Source: a virus (Duplodnaviria; Heunggongvirae; Uroviricota; Caudoviricetes). From it: DNA of 64,000 nucleotides. A program made the position numbers and the translations under genes. The DNA lies in the IMG/VR virus record IMGVR_UViG_2878930440_000003, one strand, 5' to 3'. The notes under the pieces were generated by a model. The model was not told the origin of the DNA and searched no databases. It saw only the letters and a list, made by a program, of their open reading frames with translations. Shown one piece after another: positions 46,301 to 54,318 of the stretch (the first letter of the stretch is position 1; every line of letters begins with the position of its first letter).

Positions 46301-47282
46301 GGCCTTGGCTCATTGTTGTACCATACAAATACACCAAATCGTTCAACGGAACGTTCAGACCTGCCGAAATATCTCCAAGATGAACAAGAATATCATTAAC
46401 CTCATTTGCAGCCGTACCATAAGCCAACAACTGCTTTGCCCCATTTGTTATCGAACTCATGTCGAAAGGAGTCTTCGCAGCCGTTTGAACAAGTTGGTTC
46501 ATCAATGCTCCTGCTCTCTGCTCACTACCAAGCATTGTAGTGAATGAAATTTCAAGCTGTTGGAATTGTGAACGAACATTAAAGATGTGTTCTGCCAATT
46601 GTTCAAACCCCAGGCCACCTACGAGGCTCATTGCTAATTGCTTTGCATCACCACCGAGACGATTAAATAAAGATGTTGCACCCTCACCGACAGTAGGAAC
46701 TTTCTTCATTTCCTCAATCATTCCGGCAAAGGCATCAGTCATCACCTTTACGTTATCAGTAGTTGCGCTCGAAGAACCCGAATAGCGGACATACTCTGCT
46801 TGCATGTTTTGCAATTCGATTCTTGCCTGCTTACCTAATCCGGTTAGATTCTCATAACGCCTTTTCTCATCATTGAGTATAGTGGAATTTTCGCTTATAT
46901 CACGATTAAGGATTGTTGAAGTGCCAATATCTAAGCCTCCTTTACGAAGTTTAGACTGCATCTTTGCAATCTCAGAAGAAAGTCTTTCAATCTTTCGCTT
47001 AGATGCGTCTGCTTGCAGCTCGAAAGAATAAACCTCTCTTGTAAGATTCTGCATTTTCTTGGCATAATCACTACTCATCACCAAAGCATAGCGAGACATT
47101 GCGGAACTAAGCTCTGTCACCTTTTGCTTTTGCTCTGCATATTTGTCAGTAAGGTCCTGAACCACCGCCTTATCTGTCGCCTTTGTTGTTTTCTGTAACT
47201 CACCACGCAATCTTTCAAGCTCTTGCTTGGCTTGCTTGATTTGGTCGAAATTCGCTTTGATGTTAAATTCTAGCTGTGCCAT
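40308..47282 (-). CDS. tail tape measure protein (2324 aa)
   Basis: N-terminal TP901-type core (QLAMSLVGGLGFEQLAEH...TAAKTPFDMSSITNGAKQLLAYG...). Also has extensive coiled coil, a Thr/Asn/Ala low-complexity segment and hydrophobic helices (LANPLTTIITLVTTAMSVFAMFG). Confidence 0.65.
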   Translation of the reverse strand: MAQLEFNIKANFDQIKQAKQELERLRGELQKTTKATDKAVVQDLTDKYAEQKQKVTELSSAMSRYALVMSSDYAKKMQNLTREVYSFELQADASKRKIERLSSEIAKMQSKLRKGGLDIGTSTILNRDISENSTILNDEKRRYENLTGLGKQARIELQNMQAEYVRYSGSSSATTDNVKVMTDAFAGMIEEMKKVPTVGEGATSLFNRLGGDAKQLAMSLVGGLGFEQLAEHIFNVRSQFQQLEISFTTMLGSEQRAGALMNQLVQTAAKTPFDMSSITNGAKQLLAYGTAANEVNDILVHLGDISAGLNVPLNDLVYLYGTTMSQGRMYTMDLRQFMGRGIPMAEELGKIMGKTTQEVQQAVTDGKVGADLVKKAIINMTEEGGKFGGLMEKQSTTLQGKWSNIGDSVDQMFNELGKKSQGIFGTGLDLISSLVDNWETVVKVIGSAAVAVGTYKAGLMAAASIQKAQNKATLDSIASNLDEKIKAYKDEAELYHSYTGKDTSEYKSQRLSDLNKAVSNTDMLGTDKAEELVSLKIKEAQTDGIITQQMAEQLQLKRDMLVTQQQSAAKEQMEALELSKGLDEKMAQFKEMENDYRHLNGKDTKDYKASRYNELGNALSDTENIGDDETEKRISKQIELAKSEGLISEEMAKQLQLKRDLLVEQTRLAEKEQLQWQNAVNAKEAAEEELRAKKSQEDDIAAANKAAEQAKAEAALKQKIAKANETAYGKALLETNALQKKVDLQQESYDKAMDEAREKRIVLAQLDEEIKKQQQIIEQKEKELVYDNGAVDTTSFGGYADSFSDNENSSIVQYGAEQAKLEELMQKRQQADEEYESSNAKRKAIQQELQTTTEKLTEAEENETEVYKETGAAADEIGDIVQQGIDIEDGKISITEAATTATQTNTTSEASNATAKSTNANATSSETIANTANSTSKTANTAATNVNTTSENVNTGAKERNSLVTSILSVGTKGLALAQNVLTWATNAVTVSMRELWAAMLANPLTTIITLVTTAMSVFAMFGSDEEDVAKKTQNMGNKAAEASNKVRSLFAVLENGEAEDHKNTINELKSAYEEYGVKLDETKMKSQSMSEQANELKEHEEELIGIIEKRSLEMERANQLQEAYDNYNSSNDSSFSSFKDSIDDKLSDVEMGTIRSLVSQDDIDKLAELRKEMNACGGDLKVYNALNAQYSQLQGELNVKIGTYLENMHHSRSEVAQMIPDINDFTDGLVSNKVELDGTVDSINNSVNAAERARKATSKLTYAQEEQALKNQYAKKSFKDLNSEIQETIKLCSRKLHLDIKVNYDDSELPAWIKNMSQSQLKASMAVRKNWLDGHKKGDVLQVGGQYKTYEQVANELAMMQARGNNIESKPKKSQKEIDKERKAREKAARDAEKARNDAETKAGNKRKAEEDYAKSISSYSEKAIQDMTKNRINAMNEGYSKELAQITENADKEKKAVEDGIDKLVEARKKRDQAVWVNSGKGRKANMWKQSKTDEEYKNEVLNETMKDSKGNPVKVNGMELTIGMNVANQMNAIRDKAVKQNEDVLAKEAQSMYDYLKTYGTFQEQKLAIAADYAKRISEVENSTDSDSNKQWKIKSLKEEQKKETDSVETSAIMQKIDWYQVFGNVGGIMKDALVPLLADLDKFVGTDKFQNLGADQQKSIVDAMQNIRNSIGNTSDLGWKDLARDVVAYQEALKNAKIAQEEYTETETKLTPRIKDLQNQIANAKKSGNVAEQARLQNDLNKVQGQLAESGKKIVTANTKVRTSGQKLAQTTQNVTQPISAIHEFLSTSGLSDLASLWDSFDQLKGGIDGLKALDEAKNAADGLKDMGKAAADAAAAAGKKAGDALSEGLSKAGLIGQIVSAILKILDVLKDGIGTLISSLIDTVLNAVNGILKNILSGDFITQIGGSLVSGIGNILNTISFGGFNSLFGVGGNAKEVNRTIDKLTDRNEILTDAIDKLRDSIDKNSGIKAVEDAKKAENLQKEKEQNLKSIMEAQMGYHGSHHSFNAYFRGFSQEQIKKVSEAIGRQWNGNLNDLQSADEAAAILQNPDMVEAIKNTGKGGYGGRVLEKLKDYAAEAGTLEEIADDLAESLTQISFDSLKSEFIDTLMDMNSSAQDFSDNFSKMLMQAVLKAKVDDLLGNDMQAFYDEWAERAEANGGKLSKTDITALKGKYDEMVQEGLKIRDEVAEITGYKQSYEQSASSGSFESMSQDTGDELNGRFTAVQIATEGTYEETKLINTKLDAIAARDGGAEGSLLTASVNTIMGNVGNIWLAVDEGRTILAQSLMYLQSIDERQERWHKPMLQAFNDIHELKDKMSRL

Positions 47283-47494
47283 CCTTATATGTTTTTATTG
47301 GCAAAATTAGCTAATATTCGAAGGAATAGCGAAAGAATTAATGTATGCTATTTCACAAAAGATTTAAGTGCAAAGATTAAGACTGGGTACAAAAAAAGCC
47401 TTCCACACTCTCATGCGGAAGGCTCAATTCTTACTTGTTTTCTTCTATATATAATGACAATCAATTCACAACAGCCTGTATTTTCGTTGAAATT

Positions 47495-48058
47495 TTACCA
47501 TTCATCAGACTTTGACTTTACAAAAGAACTTTTTAAAATATCATTTAAAATATAATTGACACGGTCATTAATTGCATTATATAAACGTTCTTTCTTCGGA
47601 TTCAACTTTCCATTCTTAAAGTAGTTACTACAGTCTCCGGCAAAACTACTAGGTAATTCCGTTGGAGCACCAGTTATAACTTTATTGACCACTGGTGCGT
47701 TAACACGAAACTTTCCATCTTTGAAATTAAATGAATAGGTGCAAATCATATGCTTTCTAAGAGGAAGCCCCATTACTTTCTCATAATAAGCATCAGTAAT
47801 AAATACGTTCAATGTAACTTGCTCGTTTCCAAATTTTGTAATCTCATTTGTCTTAGAAGTATATTTTCTATCCAAATACGAAGATACGGCACGAAACAAA
47901 CTATCCTGCGAATAACCATCCATAGGAATAACAACAAATTCCTTTTCGTCATCAGTTACAAACTTAAAGTTCGAATTAAAGTGAAACTTTACATCTTGCG
48001 CCATTAATGATAACGTAACAAACATCATCATCAATGCCATTAACAAAAACTTCTTCAT
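47495..48058 (-). CDS. secreted protein with signal peptide
   Basis: MKKFLLMALMMMFVTLSLMAQD signal peptide. Confidence 0.45.
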   Translation of the reverse strand: MKKFLLMALMMMFVTLSLMAQDVKFHFNSNFKFVTDDEKEFVVIPMDGYSQDSLFRAVSSYLDRKYTSKTNEITKFGNEQVTLNVFITDAYYEKVMGLPLRKHMICTYSFNFKDGKFRVNAPVVNKVITGAPTELPSSFAGDCSNYFKNGKLNPKKERLYNAINDRVNYILNDILKSSFVKSKSDEW

Positions 48059-48173
48059 ATTCTAAACATTTAATAATATATTTACATTTACTACTTATCT
48101 AACCCATAGGAGAACAAAGACTTTTGCGCTAATTTTCAAAGACTTGTATTTTTATTACAAAAGTATTGTTATT

Positions 48174-48578
48174 TTACATTTCGGCTTCATTATACTCATA
48201 ATCCCAGAGGAACAACTTGCCTTTGACGTTTCTAATCGGCTCATCGAACAATTTAGCATTCTTCAAGAACCAATGATATTGGAAATCTTCAGCAAATGCA
48301 TCCGGATAAGCCTCTTGATACTGAATATCATCCAACTCTACGCTGCCGATAATGGCTGACGTTGGCAAGTCTTTAAAGTCCGGAATAAAAATACCATGCT
48401 CTTGGCAATATTTCTTCATTGCGCTCTCCTGCCATCCGTCAAGCTTTTCGGGTTTGGCTTGGCTTGCATGGATAAGGAAACGGCCACGGAATTTTCTATT
48501 CCATGTTCTGTTTTCAATGGTCTTGCAGCCGATAGCGATTAACCAAGCATACGGCTGGCGAATTGATAATACTTTCAT
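48174..48578 (-). CDS. ASCH domain protein
   Basis: MKVLSIRQPYAWLIAIGCKTIENRTW...FLIHAS matches the ASCH/PUA-like N-terminal pattern. Confidence 0.5.
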   Translation of the reverse strand: MKVLSIRQPYAWLIAIGCKTIENRTWNRKFRGRFLIHASQAKPEKLDGWQESAMKKYCQEHGIFIPDFKDLPTSAIIGSVELDDIQYQEAYPDAFAEDFQYHWFLKNAKLFDEPIRNVKGKLFLWDYEYNEAEM

Positions 48579-48606
48579 AAGCTCATTGTTTTATTATTTG
48601 CATCCG

Positions 48607-48638
48607 CAAAGGTAACAAAAACCTTCGAGAAATGCAAG
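48607..48638 (-). promoter_or_regulatory. Bacteroidetes sigma-A type promoter
   Basis: Minus sense TTG-N20-TAccTTTG upstream of the ASCH gene. Confidence 0.5.
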
Positions 48639-48873
48639 GAAACTCTAATTTATTTTCATGTTTTCTAAAAATAATCTTGAAATAATTTGCATATTTCAAA
48701 TATTTTTCGTATCTTTGCTGTGTAATCAATGAGAGATTGCAAAGGAGATGCCGAAAACCTGAAAGAGTAGGTAAAATGAAATCCCAAAGCCGCATGAGAC
48801 TGTATATTTCAATTCGGATTTGGAAAATCAAAGTTGCTCTTACAATTGAATTGTAAAGCTTAGATTTCCAACA

Positions 48874-48902
48874 GGGAGGTGGTGTTCTCACCACCGCCTC
48901 CC
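48874..48902. terminator. GC-rich bulged hairpin
   Basis: GGGAGGTGGTG-ttct-CACCACC(gcc)TCCC. Confidence 0.4.
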
Positions 48903-48961
48903 ACCTTGGGATTTCGTTGCAAAGGTACGAAATTTATTTCAAACCACCAAATTTTTAACGT

Positions 48962-49150
48962 ATGGGCACAAATGAAGAAAAGACAACCAAGTCATGGGGA
49001 GGTGCAAGAGAAGGCTGTGGACGCAAGAAGAAATGCGCTAAACGTATGTTCTTTTCAGCCACAGAAGAAACACTTGACATCCTCAATTCCTTAGACGGAA
49101 ACAAGAGTGACTTCATCAACGAATGCATCCTAAAGGCGGTAAGAGGTTAG
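48962..49150 (+). CDS. ribbon-helix-helix (CopG/Arc-like) small DNA-binding protein (tentative)
   Basis: KRMFFSATEETLDILNSL...KSDFINECILKAV: a beta-strand then two helices. Confidence 0.35.
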   Translation: MGTNEEKTTKSWGGAREGCGRKKKCAKRMFFSATEETLDILNSLDGNKSDFINECILKAVRG

Positions 49151-49431
49151 ATCCTCTTCCGTCTTTTCTTTCTGATTCTGTCCCAATCCGGTTTAAGCAC
49201 ATCCATCGTGCCGACCATTGCCTTGTACTTGTCGCCAAGTTCGCCCTCGTTCATAGATGAACGGAAAGTGTACATCTTGTATCGTTCATGCTCAGGAACA
49301 TATAATCCCACCATCAAGGAACGGACTCCATCCACCTCCTGCTCCGGTGCTATCAATACAAGCCCCTCGTTCATGCTTTCCAACTTGAAAATCTTTGAGG
49401 AGACAACCTCATAATAGTCTAGTATATTCAT
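49147..49431 (-). CDS. hypothetical protein
   Basis: 94-aa ORF. Confidence 0.4.
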   Translation of the reverse strand: MNILDYYEVVSSKIFKLESMNEGLVLIAPEQEVDGVRSLMVGLYVPEHERYKMYTFRSSMNEGELGDKYKAMVGTMDVLKPDWDRIRKKRRKRI

Positions 49432-49448
49432 ATTCTTGTCTCCTATAA

Positions 49449-49697
49449 TTATTTTGTACGTTCAAACACTTCAATATACTGGATAGAGCTACAATCAATA
49501 TATTTACGTGTAAACACTACTGTACTTCCACTTCCAATCATAAGTGTTCTGTTCTTTGTATTGCAATTGAAAGAGGTTTCACAACCAACACTATTGAAGT
49601 CGAAACTTATTTTTGCTCCACCTACCAAGTTGATATTTCCTCTAAGACCTTTGTCCTCGGCTTCGCCTAATATCACATTCACATGACCTGCATCCAT
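49449..49697 (-). CDS. hypothetical protein
   Basis: 82-aa ORF. Confidence 0.4.
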   Translation of the reverse strand: MDAGHVNVILGEAEDKGLRGNINLVGGAKISFDFNSVGCETSFNCNTKNRTLMIGSGSTVVFTRKYIDCSSIQYIEVFERTK

Positions 49698-49716
49698 ATT
49701 CTTATCTAATCAATTG

Positions 49717-49962
49717 TTAAACACCTTCTCTAATAAAGATACGTATGATAGAGTCACTATCAATGTAATCTCTGTTTCCGTTCTCACCAAGTATAGTTAT
49801 CAAATGCTTTTTTTTGTTATAAAGAACATCGGCAGTAAAATCAAATAACTTTGATTTGCTAAAGTTTGCATGAGTTAACTGCCCATTAGAGAGTGAAATT
49901 CCTGCAATGCAACCGCACTCCTTTGCATCATCTAAGATGTCTTTGATAATCTTAATATCCAT
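49717..49962 (-). CDS. hypothetical protein
   Basis: 81-aa ORF. Confidence 0.4.
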   Translation of the reverse strand: MDIKIIKDILDDAKECGCIAGISLSNGQLTHANFSKSKLFDFTADVLYNKKKHLITILGENGNRDYIDSDSIIRIFIREGV

Positions 49963-49969
49963 AGTCTTA

Positions 49970-50227
49970 TTACTTTACTTCTCGTTCTACAATATCAAAA
50001 TTATCCCACGTCTCTCCTTCGCTGTCTGAGATATGAAAGAAAGAATCTGAGATATTGTATAGATAATCATCGCAATTTAAAACTCGCTTGTAATTCTCCA
50101 AAGTGTTCATTCCTTTGTGTCCTATAGCCTTTCTAGCCTTATCTCTGGTATCGAAGACTTCTGCATCAACCTCAACAGCTTCACCCAATCCGTGTTGGTA
50201 CGAAGAAATTACTACATATACTTTCAT
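49970..50227 (-). CDS. hypothetical protein
   Basis: 85-aa ORF. Confidence 0.4.
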   Translation of the reverse strand: MKVYVVISSYQHGLGEAVEVDAEVFDTRDKARKAIGHKGMNTLENYKRVLNCDDYLYNISDSFFHISDSEGETWDNFDIVEREVK

Positions 50228-50245
50228 AGCTTAAACCTCCTTTTA

Positions 50246-50554
50246 TTACGCTACCTTAGATAACGTTTCTTTATCGATCTCAATCCACTGCGTACCATCC
50301 TTACGAAAGAAGATTTCACTCTTGATACGCTTACCATCCACATCAATGCAATTACCCTTGCAGACAAAGGTGTGGTTCTTTGTCAATGGTACAAGAAGGT
50401 ACGTTTTACCCTCTCTTTTGCGTTCTACAAGCGTTTTGTCCGTCCCAAGGATAATTGATACCCTTTCGTCCTTATCGTCCTTTAGAACACCTATTTTATC
50501 CGTGTGCTCGATATAGAGCACATTCAGAAAATTCTCATCCATTTTCTTATGCAT
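50246..50554 (-). CDS. hypothetical protein
   Basis: 102-aa ORF. Confidence 0.4.
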   Translation of the reverse strand: MHKKMDENFLNVLYIEHTDKIGVLKDDKDERVSIILGTDKTLVERKREGKTYLLVPLTKNHTFVCKGNCIDVDGKRIKSEIFFRKDGTQWIEIDKETLSKVA

Positions 50555-50858
50555 TAATCATTCTGTTATACTTTTTCTTATTAACACCTCGTTTAACGGC
50601 TTCATAGAGCAAAGTCAAAGCTAATGCTTCATCCTTGACTTTCAAAGCCTTCAAGGTATCTCTTTTTACGTTGTAGTTCTCATCGACCTCACACAATGGT
50701 ACGTAGCCTTTGTGCTCGAAATTTCTTCGACCAATCGCCCAAATCTCATAGCCATCCGGAAACTCGTTTGTTGTCTCGAATACATAATTGCCATCATTAA
50801 ACTTTTCCATAATCAATTGTATTAAGTTCTTTACCTTATCTTTTCTTACTCCTCCCAT
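50547..50858 (-). CDS. hypothetical protein
   Basis: 103-aa ORF. Confidence 0.4.
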   Translation of the reverse strand: MGGVRKDKVKNLIQLIMEKFNDGNYVFETTNEFPDGYEIWAIGRRNFEHKGYVPLCEVDENYNVKRDTLKALKVKDEALALTLLYEAVKRGVNKKKYNRMINA

Positions 50859-51094
50859 CGGAAAGCGTTAGGGTCTTTTACGACCTTCTTACTGGCTTCG
50901 TCCCACATGTAACCATCCGTAAACCATTTAGGGGCTTTACCATTGATTACTCGTTTTGCATCGGCTATGCTAGCATAGTCCGGTTCAGCAATATTATCAA
51001 TGCGAACGGATACCTGACCAAATACGTCCTCCACCTTAGTAATATGATGCCCTTTGTAGAACACTTCTTTCAAACACTTAGCGATTGTCTCCAT
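50846..51094 (-). CDS. hypothetical protein
   Basis: 82-aa ORF. Confidence 0.4.
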   Translation of the reverse strand: METIAKCLKEVFYKGHHITKVEDVFGQVSVRIDNIAEPDYASIADAKRVINGKAPKWFTDGYMWDEASKKVVKDPNAFRWEE

Positions 51095-51188
51095 ATCTCA
51101 AATACTTTAAAAGTCCTTAACTAAAGGGGTGATTAAAGGCTCACCCCTATTAAAGCCTCGCCAAACACCTTAGAACGTGTATATATCT

Positions 51189-51527
51189 TTATGCAACTCG
51201 CAAGAAGTTGTAAGCCTTGAATTGTCTCCATGCGCCCTTTTCTTCATCCCAATAGCGGATGCAATCTCTTGATGCTGCATGACCAGTACCATTTGGAGTG
51301 TAGTCAATGTGGCTCTGAAGGAGAGTACCAAAGGCTTGTCTTACCTCACCATTCATCTTCATAAAGAAGAACTCTACTACCTTGGTCTTCATCGCTGCCT
51401 CAAGCTTTACGACCTGCCAAGCCTGTTTCAAGCACTCAACCCAAGACATTGAACTTGATTTCAACTGATAGGCTCTATGTGCCAACTGCATTACCTTTCT
51501 CATCTTGTTCTTAATTGAAGTTGTCAT
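51189..51527 (-). CDS. DUF2693-like (SH3 beta-barrel) protein
   Basis: Paralog of 38642..38977 (...EFFFMKMNGEVRQAFGTL...RYWDEEKGAWRQFKAYNFLRVA). Confidence 0.45.
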   Translation of the reverse strand: MTTSIKNKMRKVMQLAHRAYQLKSSSMSWVECLKQAWQVVKLEAAMKTKVVEFFFMKMNGEVRQAFGTLLQSHIDYTPNGTGHAASRDCIRYWDEEKGAWRQFKAYNFLRVA

Positions 51528-51536
51528 ATCCTCAAA

Positions 51537-51559
51537 CCGTTTTACGAGTGCCGACTCGG
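51537..51559 (-). promoter_or_regulatory. conserved palindromic leader element (copy 2)
   Basis: Identical 23-mer ccgttttaCGAGTgccgACTCGg, 10-32 nt upstream of the ATG at 51527. Confidence 0.5.
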
Positions 51560-51605
51560 CTGCATAACAGCAATTAATAGTTAAACTTTAAAGCCTTTAT
51601 CTCTT

Positions 51606-51637
51606 AAAGACATTGCAAAGATACAAAATATATTCTA
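51606..51637 (-). promoter_or_regulatory. Bacteroidetes sigma-A type promoter
   Basis: Minus sense TTTG-N20-TAtcTTTG. Confidence 0.5.
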
Positions 51638-51764
51638 ACATACCAAATGTTTTGAAAGAAAATGTGAGAATATAAACAATTATTAACTTAGTAACCTCGT
51701 TTAGACTTTATTCTTTACTTTTATTCACATTGTTAGAACTTATCTACACAAAACAAAGAAAATA

Positions 51765-51796
51765 TTTGGTAGTTTCATTTATATTCATTATCTTTG
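51765..51796 (+). promoter_or_regulatory. Bacteroidetes sigma-A type promoter for the HTH regulator
   Basis: Plus sense TTTG-N20-TAtcTTTG, 40 nt upstream of the ATG at 51836. Confidence 0.5.
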
Positions 51797-51835
51797 CACA
51801 CAAAATAAAATCTCACATTATTAAATATAAGAAAT

Positions 51836-52096
51836 ATGGACGTTAAAACAATTATCAAAGAAAAGGGCTTTACTATTGAACAGGTAGCAAAAGAAATGGG
51901 TATCACAAGATTTACTTTTACCCAAAACCTCAGCCGTAACCCTACGATGAGGACATTACAGCGTATTGCCGATGTATTAGGGTGCAAAGTTGGCGACTTC
52001 TTCAAAGACGAAATAGAGCCATCTAAGCCAACATTTGTTTGCCCTCATTGCGGCAAGCCTATCGAGCTGGAGATTAAGGCTAAGGAGGGGAAATGA
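51836..52096 (+). CDS. HTH transcriptional regulator (XRE-like) with C-terminal CxxC pair
   Basis: GFTIEQVAKEMGITRFTFTQNLSRNPTMRTLQRIADVLGCKVGDFF then FVCPHCGKPIE. Confidence 0.55.
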   Translation: MDVKTIIKEKGFTIEQVAKEMGITRFTFTQNLSRNPTMRTLQRIADVLGCKVGDFFKDEIEPSKPTFVCPHCGKPIELEIKAKEGK

Positions 52097-52117
52097 TATT
52101 CCTCTCCTTTAACTCTT

Positions 52118-52918
52118 CTATTCTTTCTCCTTCAAAAAGCCTATACCTGCATAAACATTACCCAACTTATACCAAGACTGGTCTAAAGTCATAACATAAC
52201 TACTGAAGGATTCTTCCTCAATATCAAGGGTGAAGTCTTCATCTACATCAGGCTCTCCATGTCTTACGTAACCCTTATTCGGGGTGTATAGCAATCTATG
52301 ATATGAGCCGTTCTCACAAATATAAAGTCCGCTATTACGCCAATCGGAACTCCAAAATTCCGGTTTATTCACGTAACAAAGCATTACATCACCATCGTAA
52401 ATAGGAATACTATGACTTCGCTCATCCTTTTCTCCAACAAATTTTTCGCTATCAACATTGTCAGACTGACGGATAACAGATACGATGGAGTAACCATTTC
52501 CAATAAAGTCCGCTATATCAACATATGTTCTTTGCTCTCTAAGGTCAAATTCTTGTTGGCTTCTTACGCCATCTTTCTCAAATATTACAAGTATTCTTGT
52601 GTACTTATCACCAAAATTGACCATACTTAGAATCAAGCCGTTGTTCATGTAAGACGCATAAGCTTCTTTGGCTAGTGTTAATACACGCTCTAGATATTCC
52701 AATGGCTTGTATCTAACTAACCAAGACTGACCTTTATGCATCTTTTGCAAGTACGAATACATGTTCATCGCCTTGCATTCATCTATTCCATGCTTCTTGC
52801 AGACCAACTTGAACTTATCCGGATAAACACTAGTTACAAGTCTATCCAATTCGTCCATAGCTTGCATGGCTTTCAAATAATCATTTGCTTCCATTTTACT
52901 AATCTTTAAGTTTCTCAA
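52118..52918 (-). CDS. hypothetical protein
   Basis: 266-aa ORF convergent with the HTH gene. Confidence 0.45.
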   Translation of the reverse strand: MRNLKISKMEANDYLKAMQAMDELDRLVTSVYPDKFKLVCKKHGIDECKAMNMYSYLQKMHKGQSWLVRYKPLEYLERVLTLAKEAYASYMNNGLILSMVNFGDKYTRILVIFEKDGVRSQQEFDLREQRTYVDIADFIGNGYSIVSVIRQSDNVDSEKFVGEKDERSHSIPIYDGDVMLCYVNKPEFWSSDWRNSGLYICENGSYHRLLYTPNKGYVRHGEPDVDEDFTLDIEEESFSSYVMTLDQSWYKLGNVYAGIGFLKEKE

Positions 52919-53102
52919 TTATATAACCACGACCTGTATAGGTACAAGACAAGCCGATATACACTAGGTGATGCAAAAGCCACCATTCCTCAGTGAACGG
53001 CAATCTATCACACTTCACGAACTCATCTTCATCCTCAAAATCGGATGCCTTTTCCAATATTTCTTCCTTTGTCATTGCTTATATTATTTATTCTAAAATC
53101 TA

Positions 53103-53378
53103 TTAAATACACCATCCGCAACTACCTACGCATAGTTTGCATTCCAATTCGTTGCAGATGTTATAATATTCTTCTTCCGTTATATTATAGCGGTTTAGTA
53201 CTTCCTTTGTTGGAGGCTTTGGGTCAAAGTGCATATCGGCACAAGCATAAGGCTCTGCATCTTCATGATGATGGTCATATGTATCACCAAAATCATTTTG
53301 TTCAGCACTTTTTCCATTGATAGTGAATACCTCTGTACGGCAAGGTAACGCATGATGCGTTTTTATCTTTAATTCCAT
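53103..53378 (-). CDS. hypothetical Cys-rich protein
   Basis: C-terminal CNELECKLCVGSCGWC. Confidence 0.35.
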   Translation of the reverse strand: MELKIKTHHALPCRTEVFTINGKSAEQNDFGDTYDHHHEDAEPYACADMHFDPKPPTKEVLNRYNITEEEYYNICNELECKLCVGSCGWCI

Positions 53379-53756
53379 ATCTTAATATATATAAACTACT
53401 ATTCAAAACTAAAAACTATACAATGCCCTCTTAAGTTTAATCCTAAGTTCTTCCTTCATTTGCGACACTTTGTCATATGAATCGTAATATCGTCCGTAAT
53501 TATTATAATTAGACCTATTTACGCAATGAAGCCCGATAATAAGCAAATCTAGCTCATCATCAGTCAAGGAAACTTTTTTCATAAGCTTACTTCTTTTGAT
53601 TAAAATACTTTTCCAACTCTCGAAGAATGAACAGCCCTCCTATCTTGAAAGACTGCTCTATCACCCCTCGATGTTCCTTAAATACGTTTTGACTTCTTGC
53701 AAACCGAAACGCTTCATTCTCTAGCATAAGCACAAACTTATTAAATTCAGCATCGG

Positions 53757-54257
53757 TCATTTGCATTCACCTCCTTTGATAATTAAGTCAAACAATTCAT
53801 CTGCGTATATCCAACCATCCAAATCGTAAGCTTTAACTTCTATTTCCCACATTTCTTGATATGTGCCGCAATCTGTCTTGTACATCATATCGTATAGGTT
53901 GTAAAGATTTCTATAACCGCAGTCTCTTGAGTATGCAAGAATCCTTCCTCTTCCAATTTGAGGAACTTCGTTAGCATTATGAATCAAATCTTTGAATATC
54001 TCTTTCTCCGCCCAATCAATGCCATCCAAGAAATGCTTATCGGCATTTTTATCTCTTTGAACCAAAGAGCCGTTTTTGCTAACCTTTCTGATTACACGAT
54101 AGCTTTTGCTTGCGTAATCTCTGGCGGCATGGATTTTCTTCTTTATGTCTATCATAACTATTGTTGTATTAAAAATGTAAATATGGACGTTCAAGAAAAC
54201 TAAGTAAAACAGTATGTTCTTTATATGCGAAAGAATCTGTTCTTCCCATTCTCTCAA
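53757..54257 (-). CDS. hypothetical protein
   Basis: 166-aa ORF; the true start may be the internal MIDIKKK. Confidence 0.35.
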   Translation of the reverse strand: MREWEEQILSHIKNILFYLVFLNVHIYIFNTTIVMIDIKKKIHAARDYASKSYRVIRKVSKNGSLVQRDKNADKHFLDGIDWAEKEIFKDLIHNANEVPQIGRGRILAYSRDCGYRNLYNLYDMMYKTDCGTYQEMWEIEVKAYDLDGWIYADELFDLIIKGGECK

Positions 54258-54318
54258 AGCGTTGCATTTGTCTTTTACAATGCTCTATAAGTTCTTTCTT
54301 AAAAGCTTCGTCCATATC

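Noticed and set aside
40348-47198. Numerous plus-strand ORFs (e.g. 42585..43394 of 269 aa, 45489..46001, 46020..46547) inside the tape-measure gene
   Set aside because: All are antisense to a 2324-aa ORF with clear tape-measure domain content. The repetitive codon composition of the tape measure generates long shadow ORFs.
48583-48894. 103-aa minus ORF covering the promoter and hairpin region upstream of the ASCH gene
   Set aside because: It spans a consensus promoter and a GC-rich hairpin; more likely regulatory DNA than coding.
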